The notes: generated from the letters alone by a model not told the origin. A DNA stretch of 64,000 nt from an uncultured Gemmatimonadales bacterium (GCA_963851265.1 CAWKNZ010000007.1:320001-384000), one strand, 5' to 3'; positions 9,134 to 20,158 are shown, counted from the first letter of the stretch. A program made the numbers and translations.

Positions 9134-10213
9134 TCAGTCGGCCAGCCAGCGGTCGCGTCGCTCGGCGACGAACAGGTCGTCGGTGAGCTCGGGGTAGAGG
9201 CGCAGCACGCGGTCGATCTCCTGCGCCTGACCGGGCGACAGGCGTTCACGCGGGTCGAGCGTCCACGTGCCGCGCACGAGGTGCTGGCGTCGCAGCACTT
9301 CGTGAATGCCAGGGATGCACCCGGCGAAGTTGTGGTGCGGGTCGAAGATCGCACCGTTCGCGTCGACGAGCGCCGCCGCATGCGCGAGCCAGCGTGGGTC
9401 GAGCGAGCGACCGGACGCGACACTCCGCTGCACGTCGGCCAGCAACTCGACCGCGCGCCGCGTCCAGACCGCCCACTGGCCGAGCAGGCCGCCGACGATC
9501 CGGCGCGTCTCGGGACGGCCGCCGACGGTCACCGGGAACGGCGTGAGCAGGTCGGCGACGATGTTGTCGTCGTTGCCCGTGTAGAGCGCCACGTCCTCGC
9601 GCCCCGATTCGGCCACCGCGCGCACGACGTCGAGCGTGCGGTATCGGTCGAAGGGCGCGATCTTGATCGCGACGAGGTTGGGCACCTCCTCGGCGAGTGC
9701 GCGCCAGAACCGGTATCCGAGCGCGCGGCCGCCTACGGCGGGCTGAAGGTAGAAGCCGACGAGCGGGATGACCTCGCTGACCGCGCGCGCGTGGCGGACG
9801 AGCGCCTCGTCACCGGGGTCGCCGAGCGCGCCGTCGGGGCCGCCCAACGAGAGCAGCCCGGCGTGGTACCCGAGCGCGCGCGCGACCTCGGCTTCGTGCA
9901 CCGCCTGCCGCGTGTCGCCCAGCAACCCGGCGACGAGCGCGAACGGGCGCGGCTCGCGCGCCGACTCCCGCGCGCACCACGCGCGCGCCGACTCGGCCGC
10001 GAGTTCGAGCACCGGACGGTACAGCCCGATCTTCGCGTCGTGGATGGCGAACTGCGTGGTGTGGACGCCCACCGCGACGCCGCCAGCACCTGCGTCGACG
10101 TAGTAGCGGGTGAGGCCGCGCTGCGCGCGCTCGTCCAGGGTTCGGAGCGGCGTGAGAGCGAGCGGATGCGCGGGGATGACCTGCCCCGCGAGCAGGTGAC
10201 GGCGCACGTTCAC
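9134..10213 (-). CDS. Dihydrodipicolinate synthase-like class I aldolase family protein
   Basis: VIPAHPLAL, GVAVGVHTTQF, GFYLQPAVGG, AIKIAPF (putative Schiff-base Lys), YTGNDD. Confidence 0.85.
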   Translation of the reverse strand: MNVRRHLLAGQVIPAHPLALTPLRTLDERAQRGLTRYYVDAGAGGVAVGVHTTQFAIHDAKIGLYRPVLELAAESARAWCARESAREPRPFALVAGLLGDTRQAVHEAEVARALGYHAGLLSLGGPDGALGDPGDEALVRHARAVSEVIPLVGFYLQPAVGGRALGYRFWRALAEEVPNLVAIKIAPFDRYRTLDVVRAVAESGREDVALYTGNDDNIVADLLTPFPVTVGGRPETRRIVGGLLGQWAVWTRRAVELLADVQRSVASGRSLDPRWLAHAAALVDANGAIFDPHHNFAGCIPGIHEVLRRQHLVRGTWTLDPRERLSPGQAQEIDRVLRLYPELTDDLFVAERRDRWLAD

Positions 10214-10279
10214 GGCGCCCTCGTCATCGCGGCATCATCTGCGGCGGCCCGTCTCGGTCACGACGTGCGGGCGCTCGGG

Positions 10280-11326
10280 TCAGAAGCGGCCATCGCGCAC
10301 CTCGAACTTCGTGGGCTTGCCCAGCGTCGGCCCACCCGCCTTGAGCCACTCGGACACCCACTCCACGAGTTGCGCGGTGGGGACCGCGGGCGCGCCGAAT
10401 ACCCGGCGGGCGAGCGACGTGTCGCTCAGCAGCGCGTCGCTCGCCGTCGTGCCGACGAGATGTGTTTCCCGGCGAAACGCGCGCCCGTACCGGCGCGCGA
10501 GGTCGGCGACGGCGAGTGGCTCGGGGCCGGTGACGTTGACGACGAACGCGGGCGTCGCCGCGACGGCGAAGCACTGGAGCGCCTGCGCGTTCGCGTCGCC
10601 CTGCCAGATCACGTTCACCCACCCCGTGCGCACGTCCACCGGCTGACCGGCCTGCACGCGCTGCGCGAGATCGACCAGCACGCCGTAGCGAAGATCGACG
10701 GCGTAGCTCAGCCGCACGAGCGCCAGCGGACTGCGGCTCCGTTCGCACGCCCACTCGAGCACGCGCTCGCGGCCGACGCACGCGTTCGCGTACTCGCCGA
10801 GCGGGGTGAGCGCGTGATCCTCCGCGGCCCCGCGTCCGGGGGCCGGCGTGCGCGGGTACACGTTCCCCGTCGAGAACGCGACGACGCGGGAGCCCGCGAA
10901 GCGCTCGGCCACGAGCGACGGCGCAACCGTGTTGGTCGCCCACATGCGCGCCGGCGCGTCGCTCGCGCCGAATTTGAGCCCGGCCATGTAGACGACGAGC
11001 GCGGCGTCGGGAAGCGCGTCGACCGACCGCCGGTCGAGCAGGTCGACGGTGGTCGTCTCGACGCCGTGCGCCTCGAGCTGGCGCCGGGCCGCCCCGTCGG
11101 TGAAACGCGACGCGGCGACGACCCGCCGCCGCGCGTGCGTGTCGCCCAACGCGTCGAGCGCGCGGCGGGCCATGCGTGCGAGCGACGGGCCCATCTTCCC
11201 GCCCGCCCCCACGATCACCAGGTCGCCCGCGGTGCGCGCGAGGACGCCCCCGACGCCGTCGGTCGGGCGAGAGAGTCGCTCCTCGAGTCCCTCGACGTCG
11301 CGCGGCGGTTCCGCGAGCTCGGTCAC
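10280..11326 (-). CDS. NAD-dependent epimerase/dehydratase family protein
   Basis: Rossmann GAGGKMG, FSTGNVY, GEYANAC (YxxxK Lys not present). Confidence 0.85.
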   Translation of the reverse strand: MTELAEPPRDVEGLEERLSRPTDGVGGVLARTAGDLVIVGAGGKMGPSLARMARRALDALGDTHARRRVVAASRFTDGAARRQLEAHGVETTTVDLLDRRSVDALPDAALVVYMAGLKFGASDAPARMWATNTVAPSLVAERFAGSRVVAFSTGNVYPRTPAPGRGAAEDHALTPLGEYANACVGRERVLEWACERSRSPLALVRLSYAVDLRYGVLVDLAQRVQAGQPVDVRTGWVNVIWQGDANAQALQCFAVAATPAFVVNVTGPEPLAVADLARRYGRAFRRETHLVGTTASDALLSDTSLARRVFGAPAVPTAQLVEWVSEWLKAGGPTLGKPTKFEVRDGRF

Positions 11327-12072
11327 GGCGCCGCGGCGCGGAGCTCGGCCGCGAGTTCGCGGCGCGCGGCGTCGATCAATCCGCGCACCCGTTCGCGCAG
11401 CGCAGGCACGTCATCGGTCGTGAGGCCGACCGTCTCGATGGGGTCGAGCACGCGGCACGCGGCAGTCGTGCGGCCGACGAGAAACGAGTGCTTGGCCATC
11501 GCGTCGCGCGTGCCCGCGATCGCGATCGGCAGCACCGGCGCCTGCACCTGCACCGCGAGGTGGAACGCGCCGTCCTTGAACGGCAGGAGTTCGTCGGTCG
11601 GCGACCGCGTTCCCTCGGGGAAGACCATCACCGACACACGCTTCCGCAGGCGGTCACGGCATTTGGCGAGCGCGCCGAGTGCGCTCTCCCGGTTGCCTCG
11701 CACGAGCGGCACGTCGCCGGCCATGCGCATGATCCACCCCATGAACGGGATGTTGAAGATGGTCTGCTTCGCCAGCCATTTCATCTCCCAGGGCAGGAAG
11801 CAGAGCAGGAAGATGTCGGCGTACGACTCGTGGTTGCTCACCGCGACATACGGACGTCGCGGGTCGCGGATGCGCACGCCGGCCGTGCGGAAGTGCCACC
11901 ACGGGTTGAGCGTCGCACCCGTGAAGCCGAGGAGTCGGAGAAAGCGCCCGACGACGTAGCGCCCGGGGTCGAACGGCGCCGTACAGACGAACAGCACGCA
12001 CGCGATCGGGAAGCCGACGACGACGAGTGCGATCCAGACGACCCAGACCCACGCCGTGACGAGCCGTTGCAT
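11323..12072 (-). CDS. Lysophospholipid acyltransferase (PlsC family)
   Basis: NHESYAD and FPEGTRS motifs, N-terminal TM helix. Confidence 0.92.
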   Translation of the reverse strand: MQRLVTAWVWVVWIALVVVGFPIACVLFVCTAPFDPGRYVVGRFLRLLGFTGATLNPWWHFRTAGVRIRDPRRPYVAVSNHESYADIFLLCFLPWEMKWLAKQTIFNIPFMGWIMRMAGDVPLVRGNRESALGALAKCRDRLRKRVSVMVFPEGTRSPTDELLPFKDGAFHLAVQVQAPVLPIAIAGTRDAMAKHSFLVGRTTAACRVLDPIETVGLTTDDVPALRERVRGLIDAARRELAAELRAAAP

Positions 12073-12368
12073 CACCGCGCCGCGTCGCCGGGCTGGGCGT
12101 CCGGCGGCGGCGCGTCGGTGGTCTGCCCGGCACTGCCCGCGTCGAACGCCTGCTGCGCCGCCTCGGCACCGCGGAACCCGATCTTCGAATGGGTGCCGTC
12201 GCAGAACGGCTTCTTGGTGCTCGCGCCGCACCGGCAGAGCGAGATCGCCTTTCGCCCCTCGGTCGAGATGGTCTGTCCCTGCGCGTCGACGAGGCGCACG
12301 CGGGCGATGTCGTCGCCGGCGATGACGAACGGACCGTTCTCGCGAACGGTGATGGTGATCGGGTCCAT
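12072..12368 (-). CDS. CDGSH iron-sulfur domain protein
   Basis: NGP...LCRCGASTKKPFCDGTH. Confidence 0.92.
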   Translation of the reverse strand: MDPITITVRENGPFVIAGDDIARVRLVDAQGQTISTEGRKAISLCRCGASTKKPFCDGTHSKIGFRGAEAAQQAFDAGSAGQTTDAPPPDAQPGDAAR

Positions 12369-12508
12369 GGTCTCGGATGGTAGAGTCGGATGACGCCGCG
12401 GCCGGGGTCGTCCCGAGCGCGGCGAGGCGCCCCCGTCACGTGCGAGGATCGCGCCCTGTCACCTCGGAACGTACGTCCCCGGCTGCGGCCGGGACGACTG
12501 ACGGCCCC

Positions 12509-12991
12509 TTACGAGGATGCGTGGCCCTGCGCGTCGCGCGCGTGCCGCTTGAGGCGCTCGACCATCGCGTTGAGCCCGACCTCGCGTGCCGCCAACCCGA
12601 GCCCACCCATCAGCTGCCGCACGTAATCGGGGGGGATGGCGAGCGTCGCCGACGGCGGCTGATCGTTCACGGCCTGAAAGGTCAGCGCCAGCACGGCCGC
12701 GATGGTCGGCGACTGGCGCGCATTCACGTCGGCGTAGAAATGGAGCGTGCCGTCGTCGCGCCGCTCCGGAAACAGGTCGACGCGCGTCTGACACTCGGAG
12801 ACGGTGAACGCGGCGCGGTCGACTTCGGCGTAGCGCGCCGGCACCGGCTCGAGCTGCTTCGCGTAGCCGACGAGCGCCTGCATCTTCTCCTCGCGCCCGA
12901 GCGAGCGGAAGCGGTTCAGCACCCGCTCGAGCTTCGGCGGCAGCACGGCGGCCGCGACGCCCACCACGGTGGTGTCCGTGTCGGTAGCCAC
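12509..12991 (-). CDS. SufE family sulfur-acceptor protein
   Basis: REEKMQALVGYAKQL, ECQTRV with conserved Cys, LHFYAD, REVGLNAMVERLK. Confidence 0.82.
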   Translation of the reverse strand: MATDTDTTVVGVAAAVLPPKLERVLNRFRSLGREEKMQALVGYAKQLEPVPARYAEVDRAAFTVSECQTRVDLFPERRDDGTLHFYADVNARQSPTIAAVLALTFQAVNDQPPSATLAIPPDYVRQLMGGLGLAAREVGLNAMVERLKRHARDAQGHASS

Positions 12992-12997
12992 CCGCGC

Positions 12998-14353
12998 CTA
13001 CTGGAAGTCGACGGTCAGCCCGGGCTGCAGCACCGGCGTGAGCCAGCGCGCGTCCCAGTTGGCCATGCGCACGCAGCCGTGCGACATCGTGTAGCCGACG
13101 TCTTCGGGGCTCGGCGTGCCGTGCAGGCCGACGTGCGGCCGCGAGAGCTGCGCCCAGAGCACGCCGACCGGAGAGTTGGGGCCGGCCGGCAGCAGGGCGT
13201 TGGGCCCGGCGCTCCGGTCCTCGCCGAGCACGACGGGGTCGTAGCGGTAGTGTGGATACGGCGTCGTGCTCACCACGTGGAGTCGGCCCGTCGGCGACGG
13301 GAGCGACGTGGAGCCGACCGTCGCCGGCAGCCAGAAGCGCGTCGCTCCGCGCGCGTCGAGGCCGCGGATGGAGCCCTCGCGCTTGTCGACGACGAGGCGC
13401 GCGACCGCGGGTGCCGCGCCGCGCTCGACGTTGGGCACGACGAGCCGCGTACCGACCGGGGCGCGTGCAACGTTGACGTCGGGGTTGAGGCGCTGGATCA
13501 CGTCGGTGGTCGCGTGGAAGCGCTCGCCGAGCATCGCGAGCATCGACGTGTAGCAGAGGCAGCTCGCCTTGGCCTTCGCGTACATGCCGTTCGGCACGGG
13601 GCGGTACGGCCCACGGACGTCGGCGGCCGTGACCACGTACTCCGTGACCGGCGCGCGAGGTCCGGCGATCCGCTCCAGGCGCGCAACGACGTCGGCGTCG
13701 GCGCTGTCTCCCATCGGAAGGCGCGCCGCGCCGCGGAACGCGCGGATCGCGAAGACCGTGTTCTCGTTCCACACGCCGCTGACCGCGCCCGGGCTGAACC
13801 GGGCGACGTCGAGCAACACCTGCAGGTGCAGCACGGCGCCGCCGCTGCCGCCGCTCACCGTTTCGGTCAGCGGAGCGGTCACGTCCTCGCGCGCGAGGGC
13901 CGTGGTGAGACGGCCCGCGTAGTTCGGCGCGCCCGCTACGTTAGGCGCGGCGGTGACGGCCGGCGGCGCCGGCGGGGGCGCGGGAACCGTCGGTGGCCCG
14001 ATCGGGACGGCACCGGGCACGATGTCGCTGCCGGCGGTGTCCGCCATCGCGCGCGGTGGCGGAGCCGCCGCGTCGAGCGCGGTCGGCGCGAGCGAGTCGA
14101 GCACCGGCGTCGGCGCCGCGCTCGCGCGACCCGTCCGGGCGCCCTTGCGACCGATCGGGCGGGCCGAGGGGCCCAGAGCCGCGCGGGGCGTCGCCTGCGC
14201 GCCCACGTCCGGGGCCGCGGCGAACGCGCTCGCGATGACCAGGGTGACGGCTGCCCGGCGCCACGCCGACGTGCGCGACGTCGCGCCTGCGGACGCGACC
14301 GGCGTCGTGCGAACAATCAGCCCGAACGGCATCGGGCGGCGGCGGTGATGCAT
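12998..14353 (-). CDS. L,D-transpeptidase (YkuD) with peptidoglycan-binding and LysM-like segments (alternative start 14332)
   Basis: GPNSPVG, GLHGT, SHGCVRMANWD; LQVLLDVARFSPGAVSG PG-binding-like region; signal peptide. Confidence 0.9.
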   Translation of the reverse strand: MHHRRRPMPFGLIVRTTPVASAGATSRTSAWRRAAVTLVIASAFAAAPDVGAQATPRAALGPSARPIGRKGARTGRASAAPTPVLDSLAPTALDAAAPPPRAMADTAGSDIVPGAVPIGPPTVPAPPPAPPAVTAAPNVAGAPNYAGRLTTALAREDVTAPLTETVSGGSGGAVLHLQVLLDVARFSPGAVSGVWNENTVFAIRAFRGAARLPMGDSADADVVARLERIAGPRAPVTEYVVTAADVRGPYRPVPNGMYAKAKASCLCYTSMLAMLGERFHATTDVIQRLNPDVNVARAPVGTRLVVPNVERGAAPAVARLVVDKREGSIRGLDARGATRFWLPATVGSTSLPSPTGRLHVVSTTPYPHYRYDPVVLGEDRSAGPNALLPAGPNSPVGVLWAQLSRPHVGLHGTPSPEDVGYTMSHGCVRMANWDARWLTPVLQPGLTVDFQ

Positions 14354-14477
14354 GCAACTCCTCGTCGGACGTACCAGACTCAAGCGTGTCGTCCGCGGTC
14401 GCGGCGGCGATTGCCACGGGCGGGAGTCGGAACATGGCAGCGGCCAAGCCACATCGCGAGTGCCTTCGTCGGAATCG

Positions 14478-15650
14478 TCACGATTCGTTTCGACTGGCCG
14501 GGTCCGGTGCGGTGGTTCCCGCCCCGGTCCCGGGCTCCCCGGCGAGGGCGGCCGGCAGCTCGCGCGCGCTTCCCGGGGCCGCGACGAGCACCGTCTCGCG
14601 CCCCGAGAAGGCGAGCTGCACGTGCTCGGCCCGCAGACGCTCCAGCAGGGCCAAATTGATGCGCTGCTGGATATCCATGTAGAGGTTGTAGTCGGCCGAC
14701 GTGACGTAGTACACCGTTTCGACGACGAGTGCCGCGTCGGTGATCGCCGAGAAGTTCGAGCGGTCGAGGCGCGTCTGCGGAATGTCCGTGACGATCCCGC
14801 GCAGCACGTCGGGTACCTTCGCGACGAGGTCCGGGCTCGTCCCCGGGTCGAGCGCGATCTGGAACGACACACGCCGCTCGCTCTGCCGCTGGAAGTTGCG
14901 GATCCGCGCCTTCAGCAGCTCCGCGTTGGCGATCACGATCTGCTCGCCCGAGAGCGACCGGATGCGCGTGGTCTTCAGGCCGACGTTCTCGACCGTTCCC
15001 TGGTACTGATCGACGACGATGTAGTCGCCGACGACGAACGGCTTGTCGAGCGCGATCGCCAGCGAGGCCAGCAGGTCACCGAGGGTGCTCTGGACCGCGA
15101 GCGCGACCGCCACGCCCGCGACGCCGAGCCCGGTGATGAGTGCGGTGACGTTGATCCCGAGCGCGTCGAGCGCGAGCAGGATCAGCACCACCCACAACGT
15201 CATCCGCGCGATGATGCCGAGCAGGTTGAGCGACGTGATCGCCGCCTTGTCGTGCTCGACGCGGTTGGCGCGAGCGCGCGCGAGCCAGAACGCGACCGCG
15301 CCGTTCCCCCAGCTGACGAGCTGGAGGTAGAACGCGATGCGTGCCAACACGTCGACGCGGTGATCGTAGCGCTCCGACAGGTCGAGCCCCGCGCGCGCGA
15401 TCGCCACGGCGATGACGGCGAGAAACAGTATCCGCGTGCGCCGGATCGCCCCGAGCGCGAGGTCGTCGACCTCGGTGGGCGTGCGCGGCGCGCTCACCGC
15501 GAGGCGGCGGATCAGCTCGCGGCGGACGAGCACGAGCACCGCCAGCGCGACGACGAAGATGGCCGCCGCGGTCAACCACGCGCTGAGAGAGTTGCCGAAG
15601 TAGATCGCGTCGAGCACGCCGTCGACGCGCGAGACCGCCCGCGCCCTCAC
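14478..15650 (-). CDS. MscS family mechanosensitive channel
   Basis: LGVAGVAVALAVQ, DKPFVVGDYI, GLKTTRIRSLSGE. Confidence 0.92.
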   Translation of the reverse strand: MRARAVSRVDGVLDAIYFGNSLSAWLTAAAIFVVALAVLVLVRRELIRRLAVSAPRTPTEVDDLALGAIRRTRILFLAVIAVAIARAGLDLSERYDHRVDVLARIAFYLQLVSWGNGAVAFWLARARANRVEHDKAAITSLNLLGIIARMTLWVVLILLALDALGINVTALITGLGVAGVAVALAVQSTLGDLLASLAIALDKPFVVGDYIVVDQYQGTVENVGLKTTRIRSLSGEQIVIANAELLKARIRNFQRQSERRVSFQIALDPGTSPDLVAKVPDVLRGIVTDIPQTRLDRSNFSAITDAALVVETVYYVTSADYNLYMDIQQRINLALLERLRAEHVQLAFSGRETVLVAAPGSARELPAALAGEPGTGAGTTAPDPASRNES

Positions 15651-15687
15651 GGGGCGGCCATGCCGCGCCCGCTCGCCCCGCGCCTGC

Positions 15688-17205
15688 TCACGCCGCGGCC
15701 GCCTTCCGCCGCGTCCACGCCTCCATCGCGTCGCACGCGTCGCAGTTGCCGCAGTGCCACTCGGGATCGACCGCCTCGCCGAAGTACTCGAGGATGTAGC
15801 GCGTGCGACACCGCGCCGTCTGCGCGTAGTCGACGACCGCCTGCAACTTTTCCTGGTCGCGCGCGCGGCGCTCCTCGTAATCCATCAGGTCGAGGCTGAG
15901 GTCGACCTGCGTGAGCGGCCCCGCGCCCGGCAGCCGCTCCCACTCGCCGCCCCTGTGCTCGCGCACCAGGCCGTGTCGCTTGAGGAGCATGAGCGTGATG
16001 CGTGCCTTCCGCCGCGGAACGCCACTCCGTTCGGCGAGTTCGTCGAGCGGGACGGGGGTGTGCTCGTCGTAGCCCTGGAGCACGATCGCGACCTTCGCCG
16101 CCTCCTCGACTTCGGGGTACTTGCCGCCGAGGAAGTAGCTCTGGATGCGCCGGTCCTCGACGCGGTAGAGCAGGGTGCAGGTGGAGGGTTCGCCGTCGCG
16201 CCCCGCGCGCCCCGCCTCCTGGTAGTACGCCTCGACCGACCCGGGAAAGTGGTAGTGGGCGACGAAGCGCAGGTCGGGCTTGTCGATGCCGAGGCCGAAG
16301 GCGTTGGTCGCGACGATCGCCTTGAGCTCGTCGGCCATGAAGCGCTCCTGCGTGAGCTTGCGCTCGGCCGGCGCGAGCTTGCCGTGGTACAGCCCGAACT
16401 CGTGCCGGCGATGGTACTTGTCCGCCAGGAAGGCGTGGATCCGCTCGGCCTCCTTGATCGTCGCCACGTAGATGACGCCGACGCCCGACGTGGTATCGAT
16501 CAGCTGGCGCAGCGCCTCGTCCTTGGCCGTGTCGTTGACGGTGCGTTTGACCTCGAACCGCAGGTTGGGGCGCGCGAAGCCGGTGATGGTGACGTGCGGG
16601 TCGCGCATGCCGAGCTGGCGCACGATGTCGTCGCGCACCTCGGCCGTCGCCGTCGCCGTGAGCGCGAGCACCGGGGGTCGCCCGAGCCGCTTCACCACCG
16701 AGCCGAGGGTGAGATAGTCCGGACGGAAGTCGTGCCCCCACTGCGAAACGCAGTGCGCCTCGTCGACGACGAACAGGCTCACCGTCCGCTGCAGGAGCAT
16801 GTCGAAGAACTCGCGGTCCTTGAACCGCTCGGGGGTGACGTAGAGGATCTCGCCCTCGCCGTCGTGGATCGCGCGCTCGGTCTCACGCGCCTGCCGCGTG
16901 GTCTGGTGCGAATGCACCGCGAGCGCGTCGACGCCCTGCGCCTGCAGCTTGTCCTGCTGGTCCTTCATGAGCGCGATGAGCGGACTCACCACGAGCGTGA
17001 GGCCGGGCAGGACGAGCGCCGGGAACTGGTAGATGAGCGACTTACCGCTGCCCGTAGGCATCACGACGAGGGTGTCCTCGCCGCGCAGGACGTGCTGGAT
17101 TGGCTCGAACTGGCGGTACTGAAAATCTTCGAAGCCGAAGCGCTCGGCCAAAATGGCTTTCGCCCGCGCGCGTGTGAGCGACGCGGGGACGTCGGAGGTC
17201 GTCAT
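15688..17205 (-). CDS. recQ: RecQ family ATP-dependent DNA helicase (no HRDC domain seen)
   Basis: [49 protein letters not shown], Zn-binding CR...CGNCDAC. Confidence 0.9.
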   Translation of the reverse strand: MTTSDVPASLTRARAKAILAERFGFEDFQYRQFEPIQHVLRGEDTLVVMPTGSGKSLIYQFPALVLPGLTLVVSPLIALMKDQQDKLQAQGVDALAVHSHQTTRQARETERAIHDGEGEILYVTPERFKDREFFDMLLQRTVSLFVVDEAHCVSQWGHDFRPDYLTLGSVVKRLGRPPVLALTATATAEVRDDIVRQLGMRDPHVTITGFARPNLRFEVKRTVNDTAKDEALRQLIDTTSGVGVIYVATIKEAERIHAFLADKYHRRHEFGLYHGKLAPAERKLTQERFMADELKAIVATNAFGLGIDKPDLRFVAHYHFPGSVEAYYQEAGRAGRDGEPSTCTLLYRVEDRRIQSYFLGGKYPEVEEAAKVAIVLQGYDEHTPVPLDELAERSGVPRRKARITLMLLKRHGLVREHRGGEWERLPGAGPLTQVDLSLDLMDYEERRARDQEKLQAVVDYAQTARCRTRYILEYFGEAVDPEWHCGNCDACDAMEAWTRRKAAAA

Positions 17206-17251
17206 GCCGGCGGTCTGGGCATGATTCGGACCCGCCGGCGTGCCCGCGCCA

Positions 17252-17267
17252 TGGCCTTCGCATTGCA
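17252..17267 (+). promoter_or_regulatory. Putative sigma-54 (-24/-12) promoter
   Basis: TGGCCTTCGCATTGCA fits TGGC-N7-TTGCA (GG-N10-GC), about 100 bp upstream of the PRC-barrel gene. Confidence 0.45.
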
Positions 17268-17370
17268 CCGGCGCGACCCGCGGCGGGCGCACGGGCGCGC
17301 GCCGACGGGGGGCGCCGCCGTGCGGGCGCGGCCCCCCGACTCTCACCGCGTCCCTGATTCTGGAGTGGAG

Positions 17371-18057
17371 ATGGCCGAGGACTCTGCCGCACGTGGTGCG
17401 CACGACTTGCAGCCGCTGAGCGACCTGCGGTACTCCGTCGCGGAGGATGAGGCGGACGTGCGCGGATGGCCGGTGGTGTCGTCCGCCGGTGATGCCGTCG
17501 GGACGGTCGCCGACCTGCTGGTGGACGCGAATGCCGGCGAGGTCGTCGCGATGGACATCGCGCGCGCGAACGGCGGACCGCGTACGCTCGCGCCGGTGCG
17601 CGACGCGTACATCGACCGCGGCGCGCGCCGCGTCGTGCTCGACGCGCGTTCGCCCGGCGTGAGCGCGGTCGGCGGGGGAGTGCCGCTCGTCGAGCGGCGC
17701 GCCGATCGCGTCGACGATGCGAGCATGCTCGACGACGCCGCGGGCATCGATCCGCGCGAGTTGGACGCGCAGGTCCGCATCGAAGAAGGCGCGACCGTGG
17801 ACGACGAGGCACCGGTGGCCGGGGTGCGCTACGAGAGCGCCGAGCACACGCCGCACGACTACGGGCGTCCTGACGAAGCGTACGGGCCGGAGTACGGCGA
17901 TGGACGGATCGGCTTCGACAAGGTCGTGGGCCGCGACCCGGCGCTCGCGGGTGCGCCCGACCTCGAGGGCGCGACCGGCGGACGGACCGACGCCCGACGC
18001 GTCGTGCGCTACCGTCGCTACCCGGACGCCTACGCCGGGCCCGACGCGTCGGGCTGA
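17371..18057 (+). CDS. PRC-barrel domain protein with acidic tail
   Basis: [26 protein letters not shown]-like GGAG/GTGGAG before ATG. Confidence 0.82.
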   Translation: MAEDSAARGAHDLQPLSDLRYSVAEDEADVRGWPVVSSAGDAVGTVADLLVDANAGEVVAMDIARANGGPRTLAPVRDAYIDRGARRVVLDARSPGVSAVGGGVPLVERRADRVDDASMLDDAAGIDPRELDAQVRIEEGATVDDEAPVAGVRYESAEHTPHDYGRPDEAYGPEYGDGRIGFDKVVGRDPALAGAPDLEGATGGRTDARRVVRYRRYPDAYAGPDASG

Positions 18058-18132
18058 GGGGACGGGCTCAAGGGACGGAAGCGATCGGCGAGCGGCACGG
18101 ACCCCGTGACGCCGCGGCGCGTACCAGTGCGC

Positions 18133-19080
18133 ATGCTCATCCGCCGATCGCTCGACCTCGCCTCGTCAGACATCACGCCGGAACCGTCATACCTCGATCG
18201 TCGACGATTTCTCCGGGACGTGGGGCTTCTCGGACTCGGCGCGTCGGGGATCGTCGGCGCGATGGGCGCGGCCGGCCTCGCGGCGTGCACCGGGAGGGAC
18301 TCGGTGCCCGCCGGCCCCGCGGCGCCCGACCGCGTGACTGCGTACGACGACGCGACGGGGTACAACAATTATTACGAGTTCGGCACGGACAAGGACGACC
18401 CGAAGGCGAATGCGGGGTCACTCCGCACGCACCCGTGGAGCGTCGCGGTCGAGGGACTGGTCCGACGCCCCGCGACGTACGCGCTCGACGATCTGTTGAA
18501 GGGAATGACGCCGAGCGAGCACGTGTACCGCCACCGCTGCGTCGAGGCGTGGTCGATGGTGATTCCGTGGATCGGCTACCCCCTCGGCGATGTGCTGCGC
18601 CGCGTCGAGCCGCAGCCGGGCGCGCGCTGGGTGGAGTTCACGACGCTGTTCGACCCGGCGCAGATGCCGGGTGAGCGGTCGAGCGTGCTTCCCTGGCCGT
18701 ACGTCGAGGCGCTGCGCCTCGACGAGGCGATGCACCCGCTGACGCTGCTCGCCACCGGCATGTACGGCAAGACGCTGCCGAATCAGAACGGCGCACCGTT
18801 GCGGCTCGTCGTGCCGTGGAAGTACGGGTTCAAGGGCGCGAAGGCGATCGTCAAGATCCGCCTCTCCGACACGCAGCCGCGGACGACGTGGAACGCCGCG
18901 GCGCCGGACGAATACGGCCTCTACGCCAACGTCAATCCGGCCGTCGACCATCCGCGCTGGTCGCAGGCGAAGGAGCGGCGAGTCGGCGAGTTCCGTCGGC
19001 GCGCGACGCTGCCGTTCAACGGGTACGCGGACCAGGTCGCGTCGCTCTACAGCGGCATGGACCTCGTGCGCAACTTCTGA
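18133..19080 (+). CDS. msrP: Protein-methionine-sulfoxide reductase catalytic subunit MsrP
   Basis: SDITPE, Tat motif [49 protein letters not shown]. Confidence 0.96.
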   Translation: MLIRRSLDLASSDITPEPSYLDRRRFLRDVGLLGLGASGIVGAMGAAGLAACTGRDSVPAGPAAPDRVTAYDDATGYNNYYEFGTDKDDPKANAGSLRTHPWSVAVEGLVRRPATYALDDLLKGMTPSEHVYRHRCVEAWSMVIPWIGYPLGDVLRRVEPQPGARWVEFTTLFDPAQMPGERSSVLPWPYVEALRLDEAMHPLTLLATGMYGKTLPNQNGAPLRLVVPWKYGFKGAKAIVKIRLSDTQPRTTWNAAAPDEYGLYANVNPAVDHPRWSQAKERRVGEFRRRATLPFNGYADQVASLYSGMDLVRNF

Positions 19081-19183
19081 GCAGCCGATGCGTGCTCCGC
19101 CCGTCTGACGCAACGCCGACGCTCGGTCCGCTCGCTCGTCCTCTCGCTCGGCTCCGCACGACACGCGTCGCCCATCGCTCTAC

Positions 19184-19897
19184 ATGACAACGCTGACCTC
19201 TGCTCGTCCCACGGTTCCGCTCGCCCGTCTCCGTCCGTGGTTCGACCGTGCGGGCGGTCCGCTCGGGCGTGTGTTCGGTCGCGACTGGGGGCGCGGTCTC
19301 GTGTGGATCGCGTCGTTCGTCCCGGCCGTGTACCTCGCCTGGCAGCTCTGGCTCGCGTTTCAGGGCGAGCCGCACGACCTCGGCCGCGAACCCGTCAAGG
19401 GACTCGAGCATGCGACGGGCGAGCAGTCGATCCGATTCCTGCTCATCACGCTGGCCGTCACGCCGGTGCGCCAGCTGACCGGGTGGAACTGGCTCGCGAA
19501 ATACCGGCGCGTGTTCGGCCTCGTGATGTTTGCGTATGCGACCGCACACCTCGTCACCTACGCCGCGCTGGACCTCGAACTCAACCTCGGCGACCTCGGA
19601 CGCGAAATCGTGAAGCGGCCGTATCTCGTGGTCGGGTTCATCGCGTGGCTCGTGCTCGTCCCGCTCGCGGTCACGAGTACGACGGGGTGGATCCGCCGCC
19701 TGGGCGGACGCCGGTGGAACGCGCTACATCGGTTCACGTACCTGGTCGCGGTGCTCGGCATGATCCACTACTGGATGAGCCAGAAGCGGGATCACACGGA
19801 GCCGATCCTCTGGGGCGCCGCGTTCCTCGCCGTGTTCGTGTGGCGATGGTGGCGCCGAACGCCGGCGGTCCCGGTCGCGACGGCAGTTCGCGGCTGA
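19184..19897 (+). CDS. msrQ: Heme-binding membrane subunit MsrQ
   Basis: TLAVTP, RRVFGL..FAYATAH, LAVTS, WNALHRFTY, IHYW; follows msrP. Confidence 0.93.
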   Translation: MTTLTSARPTVPLARLRPWFDRAGGPLGRVFGRDWGRGLVWIASFVPAVYLAWQLWLAFQGEPHDLGREPVKGLEHATGEQSIRFLLITLAVTPVRQLTGWNWLAKYRRVFGLVMFAYATAHLVTYAALDLELNLGDLGREIVKRPYLVVGFIAWLVLVPLAVTSTTGWIRRLGGRRWNALHRFTYLVAVLGMIHYWMSQKRDHTEPILWGAAFLAVFVWRWWRRTPAVPVATAVRG

Positions 19898-20142
19898 CGC
19901 TACCGCGCCCGACGGGGCGACGGGAAGGTCTCCGTTCCGACGCCGCGCGCGATCCGGTCCTTGGCGGCCCGCGGGACGCGGGGGTAACGGCGGTGGAACG
20001 GGTCGGCCCGCAACCCGCCGGGTTCGTCGGGCATACGCGGCGCACCCGGGGAGTCGAAGTGGTCCGGCCGTAGGCGCGGGTAGGTCGCGACCCCGGTTCG
20101 TGTGCGAGACCGCACACATCCCGCCTGCACCGCGCGACGTCA

Positions 20143-20158
20143 TGTGACGCCGATCACG
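20143..20158. promoter_or_regulatory. Putative CRP/FNR-family operator
   Basis: TGTGA-CGCCGA-TCACG, one mismatch to TGTGA-N6-TCACA, about 145 bp upstream of the Met-rich protein gene. Confidence 0.35.
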
